Source: Eledone cirrhosa (lineage: Eukaryota). From it: DNA of 64,000 bases. The stretch lies in contig OZ024744.1 of the NCBI GenBank assembly GCA_964016885.1, positions 114,204,001 through 114,268,000 of the forward strand. Direction: 5' to 3'. The notes below the pieces were generated by a model, which ran no database searches, was not told where the DNA came from, and saw only the letters and a list, made by a program, of their open reading frames with translations. Both the position numbers and the translations under genes were made by a program. Below, piece after piece: positions 1 to 10,606 of the stretch. Within the stretch, counting starts at the first letter, position 1; each line of letters starts with the position of its first letter.

Positions 1-147
1 TAATGATAGAGAGACATCTACAGTATACCTCACCTGTAATAAGAGGTAACCTGTTAATTATTATTAGTAAACTAGTAATGAGATACTAATGAAAAACGAC
101 CTGTTAATTAGTAACAAGAGACATCTATAGTATACTTCTCCTATAAT

Positions 148-252
148 TGTTTCTACTTTTGGCACAATGCCAGCAATTACCCCAGTACATTACTGCTACT
201 TTATTTTATCGACCCCGTAAGGATGAAAGGTAAAGTTAACTTTGGCGGGATG
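148..252 (-). mobile_element. Truncated SINE fragment, same family as 11283-11632
   Basis: tgtttctacttttggcacaatgccagcaattac...ttattttatcgaccccgtaaggatgaaaggtaaagttaac aligns by eye with both monomers at 11283 and 11455. Confidence 0.75.
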
Positions 253-527
253 TTACCTGTTAATTACTACGCCCTCTCTCTTTATCTCTCACTGACTCTC
301 TATCAAAGAGAGGCAGTAGAACATGATCATGAGTCTCTCCTGTGTTTTAAGTTAGATTTAGTGGCTATTTCCAGCAGGTCAAGCTAGTCTCAAATGGAAT
401 ATCTTCCATGGTCAACAAATGATTCCCAGCAATCTATAGTTTACTGTTTCTCCTTTCAACAAATATCTGGTACCCCCCCCACCAGCAACTCCCCCCCCCC
501 CCCTAATGTTTCACTTTGTATATTTAC

Positions 528-668
528 CTTGGTAACAACTGATACAACAAATTTTCTGTTTTCTTTTTCTCTTCTTCAAGGGCCTGGGTTCTCTGTTCAA
601 CCATTGTCTCTAAGTTAGAGGTGTAGCGATCCATTTTTTTAAGAACGTTGTCCATAATATTGCCTGTA
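528..668 (-). CDS. Receptor guanylyl cyclase (NPR/GC-type), internal exon: helical dimerisation linker preceding the cyclase domain
   Basis: Manual translation (V)[46 protein letters not shown], matching the rGC motif 'MEQYANNLE..VEERT..L.EEK.K.E.LLYQ.LP'. Acceptor ttaaAG at 670-669, donor GTAAAT at 527. 141 bp, phase 2 to phase 2, compatible with the upstream exon. Confidence 0.93.
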
Positions 669-751
669 CTTTAATAACAAGTAGAAAACAAAACAAAGTA
701 TTGATTACATACAAAACAAACAATTAAACAATTTAATTCCATTTCAACAAT

Positions 752-3400
752 TTCAACAAAAAGTACCCAGTCCACCCTGTAAAGTGGTCATGTAGGTGTC
801 ACAACAAAAGGTACCCAGTACACACAGTAATGTGGACATGTAGGTTTCACAACAAAAAGTACTCAGTCCACCCTCTAAAGTGGTCATGTAGGTATCACAA
901 CAAAAAGTACCCAGTACACACTGTAAAGTAGTCCTGTAGGTAACATCACAAATAGTACCGACTCCACACCGTAAAGTGGTCATGTAGATATCACAACAAA
1001 AAGTACCCAGTACACACTATAAATTGGACATGTAGGTGTCACAACAAAAAGTACACGGTACACACTGTAAAGTGGTAATGTAGGTGTCATGACAAAAAGT
1101 ACCCAGTACACACTGTAAAGTGGTCCTGTAAGTGACATGACAAATAGTACCGAGTACACACTGTAAAGTGGTCATATAGGTGTCACAACAAAAATTACCC
1201 AGTACACAATGTAAAGTGGTCATGTAGGTGTCACAATTAAAAGTACCCAGTACACACTGTAAAGTGGTCATGTAGGTGTCACAACAAAAAGTACCCAGTA
1301 CACACTGTAAAGTGGTCATGTAGGTGTCACAACAAGAAGTACCCAGTACACACTGTAAAGTGGTCATGTAGGTGTCACAACAAAAAGTACTCAGTCCACA
1401 CTGTAAAGTGGTCATGTAGGTATCACAACAAAAAGTACCAATACATAATGTAAAGTAGTCAGGTAGGTCTCACAACAAAAAATACCCAGTACACACTGTA
1501 AAGTAGTCATGTAGGTGTCACAACAAAAAGAACCCAGCACACACAGTAAAGTAGTCATGTAGGCATCACAACAAGAGGTACACAGTACACACTGTAAAGT
1601 GATCATGTAGGTGTCATGACAAAAAGTACCCAGTTCATACTGTAAAGTGGCCATATAGGTGTCACAACAAAAAGTACCCAGTACACTCTGTAGAGTGGTC
1701 ATGTAGGCATCACAATAAAACATACACAGTACACACTGTAAAGTGGTCATGTAGGTTTCACAACAAAAAATACCCTGTACACACCGTGAAGTGATCATGT
1801 AGGTTTCAGGACAAAAAGTAATCAACACACACTGTAATGTGGTCATGTAGGTCACGCAACAAAAAGTACATGGTCCACATTGTAAAATGGTCATGAAGGT
1901 GTCATGACAAAAAGTACCCAGTACACACTGTAACGTGGTCGTGTAGGTATGACAACAAAAAGTATCCAGTAGACACTGTAAAATGGTCATGTCAGTGTCA
2001 CAACAAAACGTACCCAGTCCACACTGTAAAGTGGTGATGTAGGTAACACAACAAAGAGTACCCAGTACACACGGTAAAGTGGTAATGTAGGTGCCACATT
2101 AAAAAGTACCTAGTACACACTGTAAAGTGGTCATATAGGTGTCACAAAAAGAAGTACACAGTACACACTGTAAAGTGGTCATGTAGGTATCACCACAAAA
2201 AGTACCCAGTACACACTGTAAAGTGGTCATGTAGGTATCACCACAAAAAGTACCCAGTACACACTGTAAAGTGGTCATGTAGGTGTCACAACAAGAAGTA
2301 CCCAGTACACACTGTAAAGTGGTCATGTAGGTGTCACAACAAGAAGTACCCAGTACACACTGTAAAGTGGTCATGTAGGTATCACCACAAAAAGTACCAA
2401 TATATAATGTAAAGTAGTCATGTAGGTGTCACAACAAAAAGTACCCTGTACACACTGTAAAGTGGTGATGTAGGTGTCACAAAAAAAAGTACCCAGTACA
2501 CACTGTAAAGTGGTCATGTAGGTATCACCACAAAAAGTACCCAGTACACACTGTAAAGTGGTCATGTAGGTATCACCACAAAAAGTACCCAGTACACACT
2601 GTAAAGTGGTCATGTAGGTGTCACAACAAGAAGTACCCAGTACACACTGTAAAGTGGTCATGTAGGTATCACCACAAAAAGTACCAATATATAATGTAAA
2701 GTAGTCATGTAGGTGTCACAAAAAAATTCCCTGTACACACTGTAAAGTGGTGATGTAGGTGTCACAAAAAAAAGTACCCAGTACACACTGTAAAGTGGTC
2801 ATGTAGGTATCACCACAAAAAGTACCCAGTACACACTGTAAAGTGGTCATGTAGGTGTCACAACAAGAAGTACCCAGTACACACTGTAAAGTGGTCATGT
2901 AGGTGTCACAACAAAAAGTACCAATACATAATGTAAAGTAGTCAGGTAGGTCTCACAACAAAAAATACCCAGTACACACTGTAAAGTAGTCATGTAGGTG
3001 TCACAACAAAAAGAACCCAGCACACACGGTAAAGTAGTCATGTAGGCATCACAACAAGAGGTACACAGTACACACTGTAAAGTGATCATGTAGGTGTCAT
3101 GACAAAAGTACCCAGTTCATACTGTAAAGTGGCCATATAGGTGTCACAACAAAATGTACCCAGTACACTCTGTAGAGGGGTCATGTAGATGTCTCAACAA
3201 AAAGTACCCAGTACACACTGTAAAGTGGTAATATAGGTGTCACATCAAAAAGTACCCAGTATATACTGTAAAGTGGTCATGTAGGTGTCATGACAAAAAG
3301 TACCCCGTACACACTGTAAAATGGTCATGTAGGTGTCACAACAAAAAACTATTTTTGTGAGATGTAAATTGTTCCACACTGTAAATTGGTCATGTAAGTG
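752..3400. repeat. 48-bp tandem satellite, left block (about 55 copies)
   Basis: Consensus gtacccagtacacactgtaaagtggtcatgtaggtgtcacaacaaaaa (48 nt). The repeated MTTLQCVLGTFCCDTY ORFs reflect the 16-codon period. Confidence 0.97.
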
Positions 3401-4719
3401 ACAGTAAAGAAGAACAGATAGAGACATTCAATGTAGAAGAGCACTGGGAGTTCCTAAAAAATAACTTACCAGAGGCGACGGATGAGATCTGTGGCTGGAG
3501 CAAGACCACAAGCAGGAGAGTGACTTTGTGGTGGAACAATAAGGTAGATGAGGCAGTTAAAGCCAAGAGACAGGCATGGAAAGAATGGAAGAACGGGGGG
3601 AGCAGGGTACATTACATAGAGACCAAGAGGGAAGCTAGGCGACAAGTATACTTAGCTAGGATGGAAGCAGAGGATAGAAAATTCAAGCATGTTTTGCAAC
3701 ATGAGGACCAGAAACAGGAGGTTTTCAAGATTGCGAGGCAGTGTGTCAGAGAGAATTGTGTTGTCATTGCAGAGAAGTGTATCCGGAATGATAAAGGTGA
3801 GCTTGCCCTCACAAGTGCTGAGAAGAAAGATGCATGGAAGAGCCATTATGATAGATTACTAAATGAGGAGAATGCATGGGAAGAAGAGACCCTACTCCAA
3901 GTAGACCCTATAGAGAGGCCAGCAGTACAAGTCAGCAGCAGCGTAGTAAGTAAGACAATCAAAGATATGAAGATGGGGAAGGCAACCAGTCCATCGGGTA
4001 TAGCTGCCGAGATGCTGAAGGCATCTGGGTCTGTAGGTCACACTATAACCACACGTATTGTTAACCAGGTAATACTAGAAGGTGTCATACCAAAAGATTG
4101 GTGCAGTAGCATCATTGACAACTGCTACAAAGGTAAAGGTGATGCACTAGATAGAGGAAACTATAGAGGTATAAAGCTGATGGACCAGGTCATGAAAGTA
4201 ACAGAAAGAGTTATAGCACAGTTGATTAGGGACCGGATGAAACTAGATGAGATGCATCAGTGGTGCCTCACCACTGATGCCCTCTTCCTTGTGAGGCAGT
4301 TACAAGAAAAGTATCTCGCTAAAAGTAAGCCACTCTACCTGGCATTCATCGATTTCGAGAAAGCCTTTGACAGAGTTCCACGTGCTGTAATCTGGTGGGC
4401 TCTTAGAAAACTAGGAGTAGATGAATGGCTTGTGAAAGCTGTACAAGCCATGTATAGGAGAGCAGTCAGCAAAGTTAGGATTAGCAATGAGTATAGCGAG
4501 GAATTTAGCGTACATGTTGGTTTCCACCAGGGCTCTGTTCTTAGCCCTCTCCTGTTCATCATAGTCCTGCAGGCAATAACAGAGGAGTTTAAGAACGGAT
4601 GCCCATAGGAACTCCTGTATGCAGATGACCTTGCATTTATAGCTGAATCTATGGTAGAACTAGAGAAGAAATTCCAAACTTGGAAGCAGGGACTAGAAAG
4701 AAAGGGTCTCAAAGTCAAC
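3400..4719 (+). mobile_element. RTE-clade LINE reverse transcriptase fragment, truncated at both ends and inactivated
   Basis: Frame runs from about 3421: WWN..V..A...K, YKGKGDALDRGNYRGIKL, AFIDFEKAFDRVPR, GFHQGSVLSPLLF, then CP*ELLYADDL...GLKVN. TAG at 4606-4608 replaces the expected Trp. The usual QFGF.PG motif is damaged (DEMHQWCLTTDA). Confidence 0.93.
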
Positions 4720-7700
4720 TGTAAAGTGGTCATGTAGGTCTCATAACAAAAAGTACCCAGAACACACTGTAAAGTGGTAATGTAGGTGTCACAACAAAAA
4801 TTACCCAGTACACACTGTAAACTGATCATATAGGAATCACAACAAAACGTACCCAGTACACACTGTAAAGTGTTCATGTAGGTCTCATAACAAAAAGTAC
4901 CCAGTACACACTGTAAAGTGGTCATGTAGGTGTCACAACAAAAAGTACCCAGTACACACTGTTAACTGGTCATGTAGGTGTCACAACAAAAAGTACCCAG
5001 TACACACTGTAGACTGGTCATGTAGGTGTCACAACAAAAAAGTATCCAGTACACACTGTTAAGTGGTGATGCAGGTGTCACAACAAAAAGTACCCAGAAC
5101 ACACTGTAAAGTGGTCATGTGGGTGTCATGACAAAAGGTACCCAGTACATACTGTAAAGTGGTCAAGTACATGTCACAACAAAAAGTACCCAGTTCACAC
5201 TGTAAAGTGGTCATCTAGGTGTCACAACAAAAAGTACCCAGTACACACTGTAAAGTGGTCATGCAGGTGTCATGACAAAAAGTACCCAGTACACACTGTA
5301 AAGTGGTCATGTAGGTGTCACAACAAAAAGTACCCAGTACACATTTTAAAGTAGTGATGTAGGTGTCACAGCAAAACGTACCCATTTCATACTGTAAAGT
5401 GGGCATGTAGGTGACATAACAAAAAGTACCCAGTACACACTGTAAAGTGGTCATGTAGGTCTCACAAAAAAAGCTTTTTTTGTGAGACCTACATGACATT
5501 GGTCCACACTGTAAATTAGTCATGTAGGTGTCACAACAAAAAATAACCATTAAACACTGTAAAGTGGTCGTGTAGGTGTCACAAAAAAAGTACCAAGTAC
5601 ACACTGTAAAGTGGTCATTTAGGTGCCACAACATGAAGTACACATTACACACTGTAAAGTGGTCATGTAGGTATCATGACAAAAAGTACCCAGTACACAC
5701 TGTAAAGTGGTCATATATTTATCACAACAAAACGAACCAGTACACACTGTAAAGTGGTTATGTAGGTGTCATGACAAAAAGTACCCAGTACACACTGTAA
5801 AGTGATCATGTAGGTATCACAAAACAAAGTGCCAATACACAATGTAAAGTGGTCATGTAGGTGTCACAACAAAATGTACCCAGTACACACTGTAAAGTGG
5901 TCATGTAGGTGTTACAACAAAAAGTACCCAGTACACACTGTAAAGTGGTCATGTAGGTGGCACAACAAAATGCACCCAGTACCCTCTGTAAAGTGGTGAT
6001 GTAGGTGTCACAACAAAAGGTACACAGTACACACTGTAAAGTGGTCATGTAGGTTTCACAACAAAAAGTACCCTGTACACACTGTGATGTGATCATCTAG
6101 GTGTCAGGCCAAAAAGTACCCAGTAAACAGTGTACTGTGGTCATGTAGGCGTCACAATAAAAAGTACCCAGAACACACTGTAAAGTGGTCATGTAGGTGT
6201 CACAACAAAAAGTATCCAGTACACAATGTTAAGTGGTGATGTAGGTGTCACAACAAAAAGTACCCAGTACACACTCTAAAGTGGTCATGTGGGTGTCATG
6301 ACAAAAGGTACCCAGTACATACTGTAAAGTGGTCAAGTACGTGTCACAACAAAAAGTACCCAGTACACACTGTACTGTGGTCATGTAGGTCTCACAACAA
6401 AAAGTACCCAGTCCACACTGTAAAGTGGTCATGCAGGTGTCATGACAAAAAGTACCCAGTACACACTGTAAAGTGGTCATGTAGGTGTCATAACAAAAAG
6501 TACCCAGTACACATTTTAAAGTCGTGATGTAGGTGTCACAGCAAAACGTACCCATTTCATACTGTAAAGTGGGCATGTAGGTGACATAACAAAAAGTACC
6601 CAGTACACACTGTAAAGTGGTCATGTAGGTCTCACAAAAGAAGCTTTTTTTGTGAGACTGTACATTAGTCCACACTGTAAAGTCGTCTTATAGGTGACAC
6701 AACAAAAGGTACCCAGTACACACTGTAAAGTGGTCATGTAGGTGTCACAACAAAAAGTACCTAGTACACACTGTAAAGTGGTCATGTAGGTATCACAAAA
6801 CAAAGTACCAATACACAATGTAAAGTGGTCATGTAGGTGTCACAACAAAAAGTACCCAGTACACACTGTAAAGTGGTCATGTGGGTGTCATATCAAAAAG
6901 TACCCAGTACACACTGTAAAGTGGTCATGTAGTTTTCACAACAAAAAGTACCCTTTTCACACCGTGAAGTGATCATGTAGGTGTCAGGATAAAATGTACC
7001 CAGTACACACTGTACTGTGGTCATGTAGGTGTCACAACAAAAAGTACCTAGTACACACTGTAAAGTGGTCATGTAGGTGTCACTAGAAAAATTACCCAGT
7101 ACACACTGTAAAGTGGTCATGTAGGTACCACAACAAAAAGTACCCAGTACATACTGTAGAGTGGTGATGTAGGTGTCAACAAAAATTACCCAGTACACAC
7201 TGTAAAGTGGTCATGTAGGTGTCACAACAAAATGTACCCAGTACACACTGTTAAGTGATCATGTAGGAGTCAGGACAAAAAGTACCCAGTACACACTGTA
7301 AAGTGGTCATGTAGGTGTCACATCAAAATGTACCCAGTACACACTGTTAAGTGATCATGTAGGAGTCAGGACAAAAAGTACCCAGTACACACTGTAAAGT
7401 GGTCATGTAGGTGTCACAAAAAATTATGCAATCCACACTGTAAAGTGGTAATGTAGGTATCATAACAAAAAGAACCCAGTACACACTGTAAAGTGGTCAT
7501 GTAGGTGTCACATCAAAATGTACCCAGTACACACTGCAAAGTGGTCATGTAGGTGTCACAACAAAAAGTACCCAGCACACACTGTAAAGTGGTAAAATAG
7601 GTGGCATAACAAAAAGTATACAGTACACACTGTAAAGTGGTCATGTAGGTTTCACAACAAAAAGTAACCTGTACACACCGTGAAGTGGTCATGTAGATGT

Positions 7701-8100
7701 CATGACAAAAATACCCAGTACACACTGTACTGTGGTCATGTAGGTCTAACAACAAAAAGTACCCAGTCCACACTATAAAGTGGTCATGTAGGTGTCACAA
7801 CAAAAAGTAACCTGTACACACTGTAAAGTGGTCATGTAGGTGTCACAATAAAAAGTACCCAGTTCACACTGTAAAGTGGTCATGTAGGTGTCACAACAAA
7901 AAGTACCCAGTACACACTGTAAAGTGGTCATGTAGGTGTCAGAACAACAAGTACCCAGTACACACTGTAAAGTGGTCATGTAGGTGTCACAACAAAAAGT
8001 ACCCAGTACACACTATAAAGTGGTCATGTAGGTATCACAACAAAAAGTAACCAGTACACACTGTAAAGTGGTCATGTAGGTGTCACAGCAAAAATCACCC
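4717..8100. repeat. 48-bp tandem satellite, right block (about 70 copies)
   Basis: Same monomer resumes at actgtaaagtggtcatg directly after the LINE fragment and runs into the SINE tail at about 8090. Confidence 0.97.
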
Positions 8101-8271
8101 AACCCACACTGTAAATGTCGTTGGTGTTAGGAAGGACTTCTAGCTGTAGAAACCAAGCTAGAAACAGCTCTCTATGAGCAAGACATTGTCAGGTGACCAA
8201 GTTGCCTTAAATGTGACAACCTCCCTAACTCATGCCAGCCTGGAAGATATATGTTAAAAGATGATGATGAT
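8085..8271 (+). mobile_element. SINE/LINE-type 3' tail ending in (GAT)n, contiguous with the 48-bp satellite
   Basis: cacagcaaaaatcacccaacccacactgtaaatgtcgttggtgttaggaagg...agctgtagaaaccaagc...catgccagcctggaag...gatgatgatga. Homologous to 8877-9015 and 13745-14011. Confidence 0.82.
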
Positions 8272-8438
8272 TTACATTGCAGTGGTACTGAGCAATCAGC
8301 CAGAATTTGAGAGATACAGAGTTGAATCCTCTGCATCTTTGTAATTTACCTGATTTTCTGTTTTTCCAGCTTTTTTTTTGTGCGTCCAAGATTTTATTCA
8401 CTTCTAAATGTATGAATATATATATATATATATATATA

Positions 8439-8659
8439 ATCTTTATTTGTTTTTTTTTCATTCGCACCGTTTCCTTTCGCTATATGTCTCTCCACCACTC
8501 CCCTACACACCTTTTGAACTCTGTTCCCACACACTTCTCACCTGAGGAAGGGCTTATGCCCGAAACGTCGTCCCCCACCTACCCCCGACTCTCCTGAGCG
8601 TGAAATTAATAAACATTTATTGTACTGCCTCTCTGTTTTGTCCCTGTTCAAATTTTTCC

Positions 8660-8661
<2 letters not shown>
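8439..8661 (+). mobile_element. Probable Penelope-like terminal remnant with degenerate hammerhead core, between (TA)n tracts
   Basis: CTGAGGA-A-GGGC-ttat-GCCC-GAAAC-GTC at 8542-8569, downstream AATAAA, (TA)n on both sides. Stem I is only 2 bp. Confidence 0.55.
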
Positions 8662-8700
<39 letters not shown>

Positions 8701-8706
<6 letters not shown>

Positions 8707-9015
8707 TCATTGGCTTTGCAATTGAAAAGATGTGAGTTCAATTCTCATATACCAGGTGATGTGTTGTTTCTTGAGCAAGACACTTTATTTCACATTGCAC
8801 CAGTTTACTCAGCTGTAGAAATGAGATGATAGGGACTGGGGTCCCTATCATTCCACTGCAAAGTGGTCGTGGTGGTGCCATGGCAAAAAAGCACCCAGCA
8901 CTCACTGTAAATGAGGTTGGTGTTAGGAAGGGCATCCAGCTGTAGAAATCAAGCCAGAATCAGTTCTCATCCCACCCTTGCAAGCAGGGAAAAGCGGACG
9001 TAAATTGATGATGAT
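8701..9015 (+). mobile_element. tRNA-derived SINE with CORE-like central domain and (GAT)n tail
   Basis: B-box-like gagttcaattctc (about 8735). Segment ttcttgagcaagacacttt...ccagtttactcagctgtagaaatgag resembles the CORE (MIR-type) domain from memory. 3' region gcacccagcactcactgtaaatgaggttggtgttaggaagggcatccagc, ending gatgatgat. Confidence 0.75.
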
Positions 9016-9025
9016 AGAAAGAAAG

Positions 9026-9039
9026 GGAGAGAGAGAGAG

Positions 9040-9101
<62 letters not shown>

Positions 9102-9130
9102 TGAGAGAGAGAGAGAGAGAGAGTGAGAGA
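9026..9130. repeat. Compound (GA)n-(TA)n-(GA)n microsatellite
   Basis: Direct reading. Further (TA)n tracts at about 8417-8438, 8662-8701, 9521-9539, 10111-10146, 10608-10642 and 21256-21274. Confidence 0.95.
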
Positions 9131-9537
9131 AAAATTTATTAACTGCTCCATCTTTGTTGAACAGATTCAGAGAGTGTTGGCTGCTATTTCTAGTTTTATA
9201 ATAAACCCATTGTGTTGTCCTAATATATTGAGTGGGATATATTGATATAGTAATTAAGTAACACAGCACATTGGACACTAGACTGTAACAACATGGTATT
9301 TATTATATACATTTAACTTCTCTTATTCCAAAGAATTCTCCCCCTGATGATGGAATTGTAATTATTCCAATATTGGTTATTTCAATGTCTTGGAATGGTT
9401 AATGTTGTCCTTTGAATTTCAGAAACTATGATTGGGTAACATTATAAGTAAAACTGACTTATTTTAGTCAGTCTAGCTTATATACCCACCAAAAAGAGAT
9501 TTGATATGCGTGTGTGTGTGTATATATATATATATAT

Positions 9538-10107
9538 ATTAGGATTGGTGCTCTGAAATAGCGATGTATACACAAATGTATGTATAGTATATTTGGCAAT
9601 ATACTGTATGTTTAATTAAAAACATTTTGAAGGCCTTGCGCTATTATTTTAAAGAAGTGACTATGTCACTTCTTTTTTCAGCAAAAAAAGAAGTAAGTGA
9701 CATAGTCACTACTTTAAAACTGATAGAAAATCGTCTTCAAAATGTTTTTAATTAAACATACGGTATATTGCAAAATATACTATACATACATTCATGTATA
9801 CATCGCTATTTCAGAGCACCAATCCTAATTTTCAATTTTTGCTGGACCGTCAATCGCCCTGTATAATCAGTTCCTGATTATTACTAGAATTCTATAAGAA
9901 TCCAACCTCTATAATTTTCGGCAGAGGTCGCGAGTGCTAGGCTCTGATGAACACCAACAGTGTGAAACAGATCTGTCAGCTTATCTCCCTTCCTTTGCTG
10001 AAAAAAGAAGTAAGTGACATAGTCACTACTTTAAAAATGATAGCGCAAGGTTTTCAAAATGTTTTTAATTAAACATACAGTATATTGCCAAATATACTAT
10101 ACATACA

Positions 10108-10112
<5 letters not shown>
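9538..10112 (+). mobile_element. Hammerhead-containing element: inverted copy plus a 317-bp unit with partial terminal redundancy (Penelope pLTR or non-LTR retrozyme-like)
   Basis: 9538-9685 is the reverse complement of about 9684-9829. gaagtaagtgacatagtcactactttaaaa occurs at 9690 and 10007 (period 317). Hammerhead at 9938-9983. (TA)n on both flanks. Confidence 0.7.
9938..9983 (+). ncRNA. Minimal type I hammerhead ribozyme
   Basis: Stem I TAGGCT(9938-43)/AGCTTA(9978-83, one G.U). Core CTGATGA (9944-50). Stem II ACAC-caaca-GTGT. GAAA (9964-67). Palindromic stem III ACAG-AT-CTGT. Cleavage triplet GTC, cut predicted after C9977. Confidence 0.85.
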
Positions 10113-10142
<30 letters not shown>

Positions 10143-10143
<1 letters not shown>

Positions 10144-10606
10144 TATTTAATATAGAAAAGGCTTCTACAGGACTAGAACGGTTTAATTCGGGAGAAATCA
10201 TCAGGAAGGCGACTGTCCAAGTAATATGGTGGTATTTATATCTTTTTGTGGGGTAGGAGAGGGTGGTGATTGGGATGGGTAGAGGTCATTGGTTGATGGG
10301 TTTAAAGAAAAGGGAGTTCTTTAAAAACTATATTTACAATAACAAAAGCAGAAAGAATTCTACAGACAGGTTCACTCTGGGGTGCCACTCTTTATTTTTA
10401 AGGTTCACTTAAGCTAACAATGGCTATGGTCAGGTGTGTACCACACTCTTACCACCAGAAAATATATAAATACCATCATATTACTTGGACAGTCAGCTTC
10501 CTAATGATTTCTCCCGAATGAAACAGTTCTAGTCCTGTAGAAACCATTTCTATATTAAATATTTATACTTTGATTTGTGGTTACCCCTGATTGAACCTGG
10601 GATAAA

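Noticed and set aside
3520-4608. 362-aa RT ORF as an active or domesticated reverse transcriptase
   Set aside because: A stop precedes the YADD motif, one conserved motif is damaged, there is no ATG start or endonuclease, and both ends are truncated.
753-7979. Many Cys/Thr-rich minus-strand ORFs (MTTLQCVLGTFCCDTY)n resembling metallothionein or keratin-associated proteins
   Set aside because: They are translations of the 48-bp satellite (a multiple of 3), broken by frequent frameshifts and stops, and lie inside an intron.
9344-9375. CTGATGA followed by hairpin TGGAAT/ATTCCA, a possible fourth hammerhead
   Set aside because: No GAAA after the stem and no stem I or III can be drawn; at most an unrecognisable relic.
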